This document shows, piece by piece, positions 63,938-64,000 of a stretch of 64,000 nt of DNA. Source of the stretch: a phage; NCBI GenBank assembly GCA_036253495.1, contig GCA_036253495.1_4125.1, one strand, 5' to 3'. The position numbers and the translations under genes were made by a program. How positions within the stretch are numbered: the first letter of the stretch is position 1; every line of letters begins with the position of its first letter. The notes under the pieces are model-generated. The model did no database searches, was not told the origin of the DNA, and saw only the letters and a list, made by a program, of their open reading frames with translations.

Positions 63938-64000
63938 GTATTTGACAAAGTATCACAGTACTGTATAATTAATTACATCAAGGGGAGAAGTTTTCTCCCC
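63938..64000 (+). promoter_or_regulatory. promoter with 5' palindromic hairpin (window edge)
   Basis: TTGACA, CAGTACTGTATAAT, GGGGAGAAGTTTTCTCCCC. Confidence 0.6.

Noticed and set aside
52265-64000. Regularly spaced short repeats that might be taken for a CRISPR array
   Set aside because: The repeats are promoter/hairpin units separated by 200-700 bp containing RBS-led ORFs. Spacing is irregular and the repeats are not identical 28-37 bp direct repeats with unique spacers.
1-64000. Integrase, transposase or IS element
   Set aside because: No recombinase- or transposase-like ORF and no terminal inverted repeats flanking an ORF were recognised; nucleases present are HNH and zinc-ribbon nuclease types.

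Overview
This 64 kb window reads as an AT-rich, tailed-phage-like genome segment (or a very large prophage accessory region) with five distinct modules. No rRNA, tRNA or CRISPR array was recognised; the capsid, terminase and DNA polymerase were not recognised in the window. All composition and motif-frequency statements are by eye, not computed, and no database search was run. (1) 1-33.4 kb: about 85 tightly packed, mostly small plus-strand genes with sigma70-type promoters, frequent ATGA/TAATG start-stop overlaps, and a recurring terminator hairpin (GGTTGAC-TTCG-GTCAGCC) whose stem carries the TTGACT -35 of the next promoter. Recognisable products are a sigma-70 family factor (10025-10987), a T4 endonuclease V (denV) homolog (26999-27436), an HNH endonuclease, a TraR/DksA-like zinc finger, a zinc-ribbon-repeat nuclease-like protein, a Walker A/B ATPase, many small lipoproteins and secreted proteins, and eight tandem small membrane proteins (30.1-32.8 kb). 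(2) 33.4-46.4 kb, minus strand: a 1007-aa protein plus eight paralogous RCC1-like beta-propeller proteins, all starting MLPFVRM(L/F)DYGN and most preceded by a near-identical ~70 bp module. (3) 46.5-50.4 kb, plus strand: about 16 tandem ~60-aa paralogs, divergently transcribed from the propeller cassette. (4) 50.4-52.3 kb: ORF-free region with iteron-like direct repeats, a 26 bp tandem duplication, orphan promoters and repeated conserved elements. (5) 52.3-64 kb: GC-richer array of about 35 small, mostly monocistronic genes, each with a near-consensus promoter and, in about 20 cases, a conserved GGGGA..TCCCC hairpin at the 5' end of the transcript. The palindrome AGTACT looks strongly over-represented throughout. 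The best candidates for an undescribed system are the propeller cassette with its facing small-protein array, and the hairpin-marked small-gene regulon.
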